Origin: Octopus bimaculoides
Lineage: Eukaryota
DNA length: 58,130 nt
Direction: 5' to 3'
NCBI RefSeq assembly: GCF_001194135.2
Contig: NC_068993.1
Location: 47,156,714-47,214,843 of the forward strand
This document shows, in pieces, positions 23,903 to 35,861 of the stretch. The translations under genes and the position numbers were made by a program. Position 1 is the stretch's first letter. Each line of letters starts with the position of its first letter. Below the pieces are notes generated by a model, which searched no databases, was not told the origin of the DNA, and was given only the letters and a program-made list of their open reading frames with translations.

Positions 23903-24083
23903 GGTAACGTATTTTTCTGCAACATATGAACAATTTATCCTTATTACGTTATTTATTAGCATTATCGCGCGTTTGAGAAAAAATACTTTTCTGTATCTTT
24001 CAATATTTCTAAAATATACTTTGTTTACTTTCATCGTAAGTTTAATTTATATATATATACAATCAACACTAAAGTGACCAAGG

Positions 24084-24475
24084 GTGCAAGCCAACGCCAG
24101 CATTGCTAGAAATAAGAGTAAAAACCACTCTTAGACATGGGCATACACTTAACTAATGACTGGGTTGTACTTTTGACTTTTGGTAACAAATTGCGAATAA
24201 CCACCTTAATAATTTATATTTTTCACAACTTTACTGAATCAGTCACTGATTCCTATGATATTTTCATTAAACTGACAAGCCGAGTTAATTTTAGCCCTCG
24301 GCAACTGAGCAATGGTCGTAGATGAGGATTAATGAAATCCGATATCATCGATGATCTGACTCTTCTCACTTGTTGTAAGGAGATTGTCTCCCTTGTCAGT
24401 CATTAGATAAGTGCTTACCCGTGTCTAAAAGTTGCTTTGACTCTTATTTCTAGCAATGCTAGTACTGACTTGCGC
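24084..24475. mobile_element. MITE/foldback-like element with about 79-bp imperfect TIRs
   Basis: 24084-24162 matches the reverse complement of 24397-24475, including the perfect 21-mer AGCATTGCTAGAAATAAGAGT. Confidence 0.75.
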
Positions 24476-24502
24476 TGTTACGACCACCACAACACCATGG
24501 AC

Positions 24503-25170
24503 AAAATGCCGCGAAGCATATTGTCCGGCGTGCTATCTATTCTGCCAGCTCACCGCACGCTCTCAATATTAGTTTCAAATTTTGGTACAAGACCAGTAAC
24601 TCAACTGGTACTTATTTTATCAACCCTGAAAGCGTCGCTATTAAAGTAGACCTTGGCGGAATTTGAACTTAGAACGTAAAGACGGACGAAATGCCGCTAA
24701 TCATTTATCCCGGGTTGCTTATGATTCCGTCAGTTAGCCGCCTTACTCGCACTTTATATTTCTTTCTAATTCAGGCAGAGAGCCTGAAATTTTGAGGGAG
24801 CAGATTAGTCGGTTACATTGATCCCCAATGCACGACTGGTACTTATTTTATCGACCCCGGAGGATGAAAGACACAGTCAACCTCGGCAGAATTTGAACTT
24901 ACAATATAAAGACGGACGAAATACCGCTAAGCAGTTTTCCCAGTGTGCTAACGATTATTTTCTACTCTAGGTACAAGCTCAAAATTTTTGGGGAAGGGGC
25001 CATTCAATTAGATCGATCTTGGTACGCAACAGGTATTTAATTCATCGACCCCGAAAGGATAAAAGGCATAGACGACCTCGGTGGAATTTGAACTCAGAAC
25101 GTAAACACAGACGAAATATCGCTAAGCGTTTCTCTCCGGCGTGCTAACGTTTCTGCCAGCTAGCCGCCTT
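24503..25170 (-). mobile_element. Cluster of four head-to-tail SINE family B copies (about 24503-24558, 24562-24745, 24758-24956, 24957-25170)
   Basis: Repeated GGAATTTGAACT(C/T)AGAACGTAAA and CTGGTACTTATTTTATCGACCCC segments; heads end GCCGCCTTA. Confidence 0.85.
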
Positions 25171-26230
25171 ACCCACTCTTAATATCGATAAAAATAATGA
25201 CAAACCTGGAAATAAAATAAAGTACACCTAGAATGACATAGCTGTACCATTCCTGATATTGCACTTTACATCAATTATTGGCGAAGATAAACTAAATTAA
25301 CATTTTTGAGACAGAACGATTTTTATTAAATTACTTGACTTTCAGAACAAGAGATACAAGAAAGAACGAGATAAAGGAAAGAAATAGAGAAAATATGTAG
25401 AAAGAGAGAAAGAAAGGGACAAAAAGAAAGAAAGGAAGAAAAGAATATTTTATTTATATCTTTACGCTTTAGTCACGTTCACACTCTTTTTTTCCTTGAG
25501 TCACTTTCTCTTTGTCATTGTTACTTGTGCGCGTGTGTTTTCATTTCTGGTAAATTTCATTGTGTTTTTTCACTTCCGGTAAATTTTGTTATTGATATGA
25601 AAAATACCCTCTCCGCACAAAAAATGTATAGCAAAAACAGCATAAACAAAAATTGATAAACTTTTTTCCTAGAAATTGCTGTCACTTTTATAAATTCTAT
25701 ATAAAAGTCTTTGTGTGTCTGTGTGCCTGCTTCTGTTCCTGATTTTATACATATGTTTGATTGTTTGTTTGTTTGTGCGTGTGTAATGTCTTTCTGTATA
25801 CTTGTATGAAAGCATATATGTGAATAAATGCATGCATATCTATACACCTCACATATATAAGTATTTATGTGTGTCTATACTTATGTATATATANNNNNNN
25901 NNNNNNNNNNNNNNNNNNNNNNNNNNNNNNNNNNNNNNNNNNNNNNNNNNNNNNNNNNNNNNNNNNNNNNNNNNNNNNNNNNNNNNNNNNNNNNNNNNNN
26001 NNNNNNNNNNNNNNNNNNNNNNNNNNNNNNNNNNNNNNNNNNNNNNNNNNNNNNNNNNNNNNNNNNNNNNNNNNNNNNNNNNNNNNNNNNNNNNNNNNNN
26101 NNNNNNNNNNNNNNNNNNNNNNNNNNNNNNNNNNNNNNNNNNNNNNNNNNNNNNNNNNNNNNNNNNNNNNNNNNNNNNNNNNNNNNNNNNNNNNNNNNNN
26201 NNNNNNNNNNNNNNNNNNNNNNNNNNNNNN

Positions 26231-26293
<63 letters not shown>

Positions 26294-26682
26294 CATACAT
26301 ATGTATATATAGATTTACATATGTATAAGTATATATATATATATATACAAACATATAGAGGGAAATAGAGAGAGACAGAGAGAGAAGATGATATATGTAT
26401 ACATATAAATTTACACTCACATACAAAAAAGCATCTACCCACTAGAACTTATCTGCAGTTAGTAACCCCCAAACCCAAACACGCGTAAAAATACACACAC
26501 ATGTCTACACAGAATTTGTTGTAGACAGATGTAGCCGAGGATTGTGGCACAGTTTCGATTCCTATATTAGTCTAATATTATTGATAAAACCGTGTTATTA
26601 TCCTAGGTGAAACCACCTTCGGGAATAACACCAAATTGGTCTCAAATTTCATATGACTATAAAAGCTGACGATGTTGTTGTT

Positions 26683-26689
26683 ACTGATA

Positions 26690-26741
<52 letters not shown>

Positions 26742-26810
26742 GGATGAGGATGATAAAGATGATGATGATGATAATGATGATGATGATGAGGATGATGATG
26801 ATGATGGAGA
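26683..26810. repeat. (GAT)n microsatellite
   Basis: Directly visible. Confidence 0.95.
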
Positions 26811-26927
26811 AAAACACACACAGACATAGTGTTATATTGGTGAAGGTCATTTTGTCAATAAACACACGCACTATTTATTTGATCTTCAATTTAACTTTAT
26901 TATTATATTACTAGATATTGCTCATTT

Positions 26928-26973
26928 CTAAGAAATCTTTCGTCACACATGAAGTAACCTCTTCAGTGACTAG
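26928..26973 (-). ncRNA. Degenerate hammerhead-like motif (Penelope-type)
   Basis: CUGAAGA-g-GUUAC[uucaugu]GUGAC-GAAA-gauu; stem II is 5 bp including one G-U; helix III and stem I are poor. Confidence 0.35.
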
Positions 26974-27079
26974 CTGTTCTTCTTCCACAAATTGTCCTTT
27001 CTCTATTTTTTCTTTCAAGTTTATCGTTACATCTTTTCTTTAGAAAAAATCTGCCGCTAGCCACTAAACCTTTTTTTTT

Positions 27080-27238
27080 TAATTTTCTCTCTGTTTATTT
27101 CTGTGTTCCTTTCTGTTGAAGAGCGTAGGCTCGAAACATAAAAGACTTTCTCACTTCCTGAGCGTTAAACTAATGCATCTGTATGTTGTTTACACACCTG
27201 TCCTCGTCTTTTGTTTTGTGTTTTTTGAAAGTACCAAC
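27080..27238 (+). mobile_element. Penelope-like pseudo-LTR remnant (boundaries approximate)
   Basis: Contains the HHR motif at 27109-27144, followed by CCTGAGCGT (27157-27165) as at 15652-15660. Confidence 0.55.
27109..27144 (+). ncRNA. Minimal type-I hammerhead ribozyme motif (variant core)
   Basis: cuuu-CUGUUGA-a-GAGC[guag]GCUC-GAAAC-AUA-aaag. Stems I and II are perfect 4 bp; core has A6->U. Confidence 0.6.
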
Positions 27239-27298
<60 letters not shown>

Positions 27299-28277
27299 TA
27301 TATATGTATATATATATATATGTATATATATGTATGTATATATAAAGTGGATAACTTGTTGCTTGTGTGTTGCATCATAACCAGATGATATATACTGACG
27401 TCTAGTTCGACTGGACACTGAAGTGTCTTTCTTCTTCCGTTAAAGCAACACATTTAGGCAAGAATGTAAATTACGTCAGTGCAGAGCATAGTCCATCGGT
27501 CTGACCACTGGACCAGCTGCAAGTCATTGAACATTGCAAACGGCAACTGAGTGCGCTAATGTAACGGGAGTAACTGAAGCTGAAGAGCCATAGACTATTC
27601 GCTTTTAAGGTTATTTGTGTGTGATTTAAGAGAGATGTGGCTGATATGTCTAGCAAGTTCCGCGCCAATGTACTTAGACGATTGGTCAGAATTAAACACC
27701 AGTCAAATAACATAGTCATTCTAATCCACTACTACACAGCTTGACTACAATGCGTACAGATTTGTATCTATTAATAAAAGTACATAGGCTCAATATTTGA
27801 AGGCAATGGAGAAGTGGAAATATCAACGCACCAGATTGTACCATATGCCTTACGAATCTAATTTCGTAGTTCTAATCTCACTGGAGTTGACAGTGATGAT
27901 ATATCCCTCTAGGGTCAACAAGAAATTATACACTAAGGTCGATTTAATGGGTTGTATTTCGTGCCTTTCAAATATGTCACAGTGTGTTAATTTGAGAAAT
28001 CGTTATTACTTAAGACATAAAAAAATGGAATATATTTTAGGGCAAAGTCTTCCTTGATCCAAAGGACAAGAGACAGCCGTTCTGTAAAACAAAGAATGTT
28101 AACGCACTTCCAAATCTTCCCACCCGCAGGTTAAATCAAACGAAGCTATTTTATGGTTATTCTAAAACCCTCCAGAAAGGAAAAGAAAATGGGTCATGAA
28201 CCATACGCTATTGTCTTTTCTTTCTTCCTTTTCTGAAGAACATATCTTTTTGACACCTAAAAACAAAAAATTGTGAC

Positions 28278-28318
28278 ACACACAGACACAGACTCAGACA
28301 CACACACATACACACACA

Positions 28319-28363
<45 letters not shown>

Positions 28364-28454
28364 ATATAAGTCTATGTATCACTGTGTATGTATGTGTGAA
28401 TATGCATATTTAAGTATGTGTATATATAATCTCCTCTCTCTCTCTCTCTCTCTC

Positions 28455-28518
<64 letters not shown>

Positions 28519-28600
28519 AATATATATATGTGCAAATGTATCAATATATATATATATGTATAAATGGATCAATATATATATATATATATCATATATAAGC
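28278..28600. repeat. (AC)n, (CT)n and (AT)n microsatellite cluster
   Basis: Directly visible. Confidence 0.9.
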
Positions 28601-30045
28601 ACATTCACGCATACGTATATTATATAATTTTGTGTGTTTGTGTACGAGTGAGTATGTGTACACGTAGACACACAAACAGACTCACACACGCACACACACA
28701 CACGTACTCACATGCACACACACAGATATGTGTATTAAATTCGACTATGAAAAGCACTTTGGCGCCACTGCAACAACGATGAAAAGAACAGCAATGACAA
28801 TGATGAAGTTGACAAGAACAACAGCAACAGTAACACCAACAACGATGACAACAACAACATTACAATAACAAAAATACAATAACGAACCAAACCGAATATC
28901 TGAAAACCATATTGGGAAGAACGTTAAAAACACCTTGGACTTGAAGTGTAGAATGCAAATAAATTTAATGATAGCCGTCAGCTCTTGAAAGACATTAGAA
29001 AGAAATTTCGTTAGCATTTTGCACTTCTGGGTTGATTTTTGGTTTTGTTAGGAGGTATTTGTTTGTTTGTGTATTATTGTTTTTGCCTTCCTATTTTTCA
29101 GTATTTTATTTCTTTTCATTTTGTTTAGATTTATGAAATTTTATCACTTTCCTTTCTCTGTCCAACCTTTATTTTTTTCTTATTGTTACTTCTATTTTCG
29201 CCTTTTGTCTTTTATTTAACGAGGGTAGGTGGGAGTTGTCTTTTAAAATTTTGTTTGAAAAATAAAGAAAAAAAGGGAAAGAGATAGTGAAAGAAGAGGA
29301 AAGGAAAAGGAGAAATACCTTTCTACTCCACCCTTGTCTTGTTGCCCCACCTCGACATAAGGAAACGTTGGTGTTTCTGCTATTGATATGACTCAACAAT
29401 GATTCATGGACAATATATGTCATCGTGCGAAAGATTTTACACAGGGAAAAACAAGGAAAATAAACGAATATTGAGAAAGTATATTTGNNNNNNNNNNNNN
29501 NNNNNNNNNNNNNNNNNNNNNNNNNNNNNNNNNNNNNNNNNNNNNNNNNNNNNNNNNNNNNNNNNNNNNNNNNNNNNNNNNNNNNNNNNNNNNNNNNNNN
29601 NNNNNNNNNNNNNNNNNNNNNNNNNNNNNNNNNNNNNNNNNNNNNNNNNNNNNNNNNNNNNNNNNNNNNNNNNNNNNNNNNNNNNNNNNNNNNNNNNNNN
29701 NNNNNNNNNNNNNNNNNNNNNNNNNNNNNNNNNNNNNNNNNNNNNNNNNNNNNNNNNNNNNNNNNNNNNNNNNNNNNNNNNNNNNNNNNNNNNNNNNNNN
29801 NNNNNNNNNNNNNNNNNNNNNNNNNNNNNNNNNNNNNNNNNNNNNNNNNNNNNNNNNNNNNNNNNNNNNNNNNNNNNNNNNNNNNNNNNNNNNNNNNNNN
29901 NNNNNNNNNNNNNNNNNNNNNNNNNNNNNNNNNNNNNNNNNNNNNNNNNNNNNNNNNNNNNNNNNNNNNNNNNNNNNNNNNNNNNNNNNNNNNNNNNNNN
30001 NNNNNNNNNNNNNNNNNNNNNNNNNNNNNNNNNNNNNNNNNNNNN

Positions 30046-30098
<53 letters not shown>

Positions 30099-30863
30099 AT
30101 ACATATTTATAGATATAGATAGATATGTAGAATTATGTAGATTTATCTGTCATGTATGTATGTATCAATGTATCTAGCAATTTATCTATCTGTCTCAATA
30201 TATGTCTGTGTATGTTGTATGAATGCATATATATTCATTACTGTTATGTAGAGAAAGTTTTAAATACATATTCTTCTTTATATGTCGGATCATATCTGTC
30301 TACATTTATCTTGGAATCTACTTTTATATGAATCTTCATATTTAAAACGCTCCTTTCTTTCTCTCTCGACACATACCTATTTACACGCACATACACACAT
30401 ACATACAAACACACACATACATATACATGACCATGCATATGTATAACATACATATCAAAGTAGATCTGTTCACATGCATCCAGGATGTTGCTAAAGGAGA
30501 GAGCGGTGTGATGTGGGAAGTGTGAATATACACAAATTAGTAAAAGAATCTACAAAAATACTTCATATAATATAATTGGTTGAAATCCTCATTTTAAATG
30601 TTAATGGAATTGATGGCAGAATTTTTCACTCTTGAAATTTTCTACATTATCCTCATCAAAATCTAATTAAAAATAAAAGACATCGTCTCATCCATCTCGC
30701 CATCACAATTGCATTTTCTCAACCTTACCTTTTCCTTCTCCAACCGAAATTTTGCATATATTTATGTCCATGTATTTTTAAAATATGTCTCCTTTCATTT
30801 CATATTCCACAATCTTTATCGCTTAACTGTTGTCTCTTTCATGTCTTGAGCAGTAATTCTCCC

Positions 30864-30865
<2 letters not shown>

Positions 30866-30933
<68 letters not shown>

Positions 30934-30945
30934 GTCTGTCTGTTT
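30866..30945. repeat. (ATCT)n microsatellite
   Basis: Directly visible. Confidence 0.95.
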
Positions 30946-31193
30946 GCTTCTCTCCTCTCTCCAAATCGTCATTTTTCTTCTCAAAATTACTTCATTCGCG
31001 CCATCGTTCACAGTCCTTCTCATCCATATCTGTTTACCAATCTACATCTCTCTTCACTGTCAACTTCGTCGTCGTTATCATCATCATCATCGTAAAATGT
31101 CCGACGTCTGTTTTTCTAAGACACACATACGCACAAACACACGGTGATATGTTGACATACATATATGCATATATATATATATGTATATATATG

Positions 31194-31228
<35 letters not shown>

Positions 31229-31238
31229 CTATATATAC

Positions 31239-31278
<40 letters not shown>

Positions 31279-31282
31279 GTGC

Positions 31283-31325
<43 letters not shown>

Positions 31326-31396
31326 TACATATAGATACATACACACATACACACATACGTATATGTATATATAAATACACACACACACTTATATAT

Positions 31397-31668
31397 GAGT
31401 GCATTTGATAGACAGAAACTGAAAGTAGCCTGTCGTACATATATATATGCTTGTGTGTGTGTTGTGCTTGTGTTTGTCTGCCAATCACCACTTGACAACC
31501 GGTTTTAATGTGTTTATGTCCTTATAACTTAGCGGTTAGCAAAAATGACTGATAGAATAGGTACTAAACTTAAGAGATAGAGCCTGTGGTGTATTTTTTC
31601 GGTTAAAACCCTCAACGGCGTTACCCTGGTATGACCGCAGTCAAATGATTGAAACAAGTAAAAGAATA
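31397..31668 (+). mobile_element. 5'-truncated SINE family A
   Basis: GACAGAAACTGAAAGTAGCCTGTCG core end, CTTGACAACCG...AACTTAGCGGTT, tail GATTGAAACAAGTAAAAGAATA. Confidence 0.8.
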
Positions 31669-32924
31669 TGCAAGTATGTGTGTATGCGCGTGTGTGCATA
31701 TGTTTATANNNNNNNNNNATATATATATATATATGTATGTATATGGATACATACACACACACATAGACGCACACACAAACACACGTATATTTATGCATGT
31801 ATGTAGTATGTAAGTATAAGTCGCGGAAACCCTTAAATGTTGAAGAGAAATGCCTGCTGTAACCCGTGGGACAGTGTTTTTTATGTTCAGTGCTCACAGT
31901 TGATCACTGGACTGTGTATATAAACCTGAGACTTTTAACCATAAACTTTTCCATACTATAATAGCTTACTCACAGAAGTTAAGGCACTACTCTTAACTTT
32001 TTTCGGTTTTTTCGACTTCTGTGTAAGGAAAGTACCCTCTATCAGTATTTTTTTCTTTAGAGATGAATCTATTAAAAGTATACAACGAAGAGTTAAATAA
32101 CTACTATATGGTAATATATGGCTCTCATGAAATCATCAAGTGTTCTGTCCATCTAAGTTCGTCTCGGATTCAAATTTAGGAGAATTTCGTTGTATATCAT
32201 TCCATTACATTGTTCTTTTCCGGATCTAAGGTCATTGTATAATACCTGAAGTTTCTTTTTAATGGTTATAGAGTAGTTATTAAAAATGTATTGTGAGCAA
32301 TTTTGCATAATATAATATCATATCTACATCTTACGATAGTAAAGTTTGAAGATACAAAATATACCTATTATTGCATCCTATGTTAACAATAATGGAGGTT
32401 ATTGTAGTTCGTATACAAATTTATTGTTAAATAATTCTTACTAAGTCAATATTAAATGACGTTAAATATTTCATGCCAGTTTGTCGTTATATTTTTATAC
32501 AAATTTAACGTCAACTATTGTTAGATAAATTATAGAAAGCTAACGTTAAATCCAGAACATATACAGATATACTGCCAGCAGATATAATATAAAATAATAT
32601 AATATATAAAATCAGATATAATGTCAGCAGATATAATATTATATGATTTATAACATATATATATATATATATATATCAGCAGATATAATGCATAGGATTT
32701 TACAGCTAAAATCAATATTTAATTTTTTGATGTATAAAAGATGTTTTCATCAAGATGGAGTATAAATCGATGAAATCGAATCTCGTGTATTACTGTTATT
32801 ATCGATGGGAAAGGGAGAAAAAAGTGAAGAGTTATCTGAAATAAAAAAAACAAATTATTGTCAGATTTTTACTTTGGTTCATCTTCAATTTTGTTTAACT
32901 TATTTCTATTACAATATTCATATA

Positions 32925-33095
32925 TACTGATTTCCAGTTTTGGCACAAGGCCAGCAATTTCGTGTGTTTCTAACGGTCTCGAAATAATGAACGGCTAAGT
33001 TGACGTCGGCGGAGTTCGAACTCCGAACGTAGAGAAGGTCGAAATGCCGCCAAACATATTGCCCGGCGTTCTAACGATTCTACTACTTCGTCGCT
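32925..33095 (-). mobile_element. Old, internally deleted SINE family B
   Basis: GGCACAAGGCCAGCAATTT tail and GGCGGAGTTCGAACTCCGAACGTA...CCCGGCGTTCTAACGATTCT head. Confidence 0.65.
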
Positions 33096-33784
33096 TCCAT
33101 ATTCATGTTATCTAGTCTGGTTTCGTGACAATATTTCAGAATATATATGGCATTCCACTTGCCGATCCTGCGAATTAAACGAATAAAAGTGTATTCTTTG
33201 GATAGGATTCTTGTATATCGCAGTTACCTATTCTGATACCGGAGAGATAAGTGTTCCCTTCATTCGCAACGCTCGCTATCAACAAATCGCATTACCGTTT
33301 TTATTTTGTGGTAGTTGTTAATTTATTAAATATTACGTAACATACGCCACTCCAAGTTATTATTTAAAGCAAAAGAGCCATGTAACATATAGAATTATCA
33401 TTAACATATCTCTTAAATAACTTTCTAAAGTCCAATAATGCGCACATAAAATAATAAAGTTAGTCCTAGATACATTACATCCGAAACAAGAAGAACGCGG
33501 TCAAAGCTGGAATGCTATTGTTCACAATCCTATGGAATAAATCTGAAAGGAGGTGTGGAGAAGCGCAAGTTAATAATTAGATGGAACCATTGGTTTCACT
33601 ATTAAATGTATTTCTCACAGACTGTTGTATATTTGATGTGGAATCCTTGATTTTCAAGTCGACAACTTTGCTGTCAACCCAAATGCATGTTCATATATAT
33701 ATATTGGTGAATAGATGCGAAACATTAACGTTTCAAAGGCTTGACTATAGCTGTATCTACTGGCCAAACCACAGCGTTATACTT

Positions 33785-34019
33785 ATATTTCTTTACTGCC
33801 CACAAAGGGCTACACACAGAGGGGACAAACAAGGACAGACAAACGGATTAAGTAGATTATATCAATCCCCAGTGCGTAACAGGTACTTATTTAATCGATC
33901 CCGAAAGGATGAATGGCAAAGTCGACCTTGACGGAATTTGAACTCAAAACATAGCGGCAGACGAAATACCGCTAAGCATTTCGCCCGGCGTGCTACCGTT
34001 TCTGCCAACCCGCCGCCTT
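33785..34019 (-). mobile_element. Full-length SINE family B (alternative tail) with 19-bp TSD
   Basis: TSD CACAGCGTTATACTTATAT (33770-33788) / CACAGCGTTATATTTATAT (34024-34042); head and core clear. Confidence 0.9.
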
Positions 34020-34050
34020 TAATCACAGCGTTATATTTATATATTGCTTA

Positions 34051-34262
34051 AGGCGGCGAGTTTGCATGTTCGTTACCACGACGGGTGAAATGCTTAGCGG
34101 TATTTCGTCTGCCGTTACGTTCTGAGTTCAAATTCCGCCGATGTCGACTTCGCCTTTCATCCTGGTGGGGTCGATGAAATTAGTACCAGTTACGCACTGG
34201 GGTGGATATAATCGACTTCATCCCTTTCCACAAATTTGAGGCCTTGTGCTTCCAATAGAAAA
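34051..34262 (+). mobile_element. Full-length SINE family B, head-to-head with the previous copy
   Basis: GGCGGCGAG head, GAGTTCAAATTCC B box, core, GGCCTTGTGC tail. Confidence 0.9.
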
Positions 34263-35016
34263 TATATTTATATATCGCTTTGTTATATAGGCGTAAAACG
34301 AAGCATTAAAAACAGCTGAGTATAGTCTATTCGACAACCAGGTGGGTGCCAATGCTACATACTTCATCAACCGCGCTATACAGAATTTGAAATGAAAAAT
34401 CGATCTAGTGATACTATAGTCGATAATATAAAACAACAAAAATTAAGTAAGGCAAAACTTTTGACCGGTGGTTGACCAATTCTAATTTCAATGATTCATA
34501 AAATGGAATCAATCAATGTTATTAGAATATCTTTGGTAACAAATTCCAGACATTAAATCGACTTTTGTGTTTCATTAATACAGATAGAGATCAACGAGTG
34601 CGTCCTGTCATACCAAAGAGGAAGGTATTATGCCGTCACCCGGCAGGCTTGAAAGAACTGTGAAAATTATATATTGCCACCTACTGCAAAAGAAGGACAC
34701 ATTGACTTATGCTGTTCTAGATATAAACAAATTCGGTTGCCATCCCTGCAATGCTTTTTTGGATCATAAGTCTTTTCGATCAGAGTTTCGCTTTTTTTTG
34801 AAAACGTAGGATTGAGTTTAAAGAAGATTTAACTCCTATATCAGGCACTCAGGATGACAGAATAGTGAATCAAATAGATCAGATTTATAGTGTACACAGA
34901 CACACTCATCATATGTGTGTGTGTATGTGTGTATGTGTGTATGTATGTGTGTATGTGTGTGTGTATGAAACACCAATCCAACATTTGAGATAGATAGACA
35001 GAAAGATATGTATACA

Positions 35017-35082
<66 letters not shown>

Positions 35083-35264
35083 ACTGTCTGTCTATCTATT
35101 TCACTCCCCCTCTCTCTATCTAAATATACATGTATAACCTTATTACTCCTGCGGGGGACACTTATCGCTAAATTAATATACTCTCTTCATCATGTTATGA
35201 GTACTTTAACTGTGGTTCCTTCCATTTCTGGGGAATCACGAAGTACCTGTATGCATGTACATAT

Positions 35265-35298
<34 letters not shown>

Positions 35299-35329
35299 TA
35301 TNNNNNNNNNNNNNNNNNNNNNNNNNNNN

Positions 35330-35364
<35 letters not shown>

Positions 35365-35829
35365 TGCGTGTATTTATATCTATACATATATTTTTTTTAT
35401 GAAGAGAGAAAGAGAGAGAATCAATGGGAGATATGAACCGACAGACAGAAATACTGTTAGCGAGACATACATGCGCGTATATTTTGGCGTTGTGGTATGT
35501 ATTAAAATAATTGCTATGTCAGGCTATATAATAACAACATATATAGTTATGGCGTAGAAAATAGATCCTAGAGAACATACCCCTAAATTTGAGCAGCACA
35601 ATGCAATATGATGTGGATGTATGTGTATGGCTGTGGTGTGTATGAGTGCACGTGGCTATCTATTCTCCTGATTATATGTATGATTCCTATGGCTGTAAGT
35701 ATATGTTTCCCCCATGAGTGTAGATAATGTGTGTGTGTGTGTGTGTATGTGTGTGTGTGTGTGTTTGTGTGTATGAGTGTACTTGCGTATATAATGCTTA
35801 GGTATGTAAGGACGTNNNNNNNNNNTATG

Positions 35830-35861
<32 letters not shown>

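Noticed and set aside
24318-24352. UAGAUGA-GGAUU/AAUCC-GAUA hammerhead-like hairpin
   Set aside because: Two core segments are mutated and there is no stem I; it is indistinguishable from a chance hairpin.
24421-24426. 6-nt micro-exon ACACGG (minus) between TTTTAG and GTAAGC
   Set aside because: It lies inside the TIR of the foldback element; likely chance.
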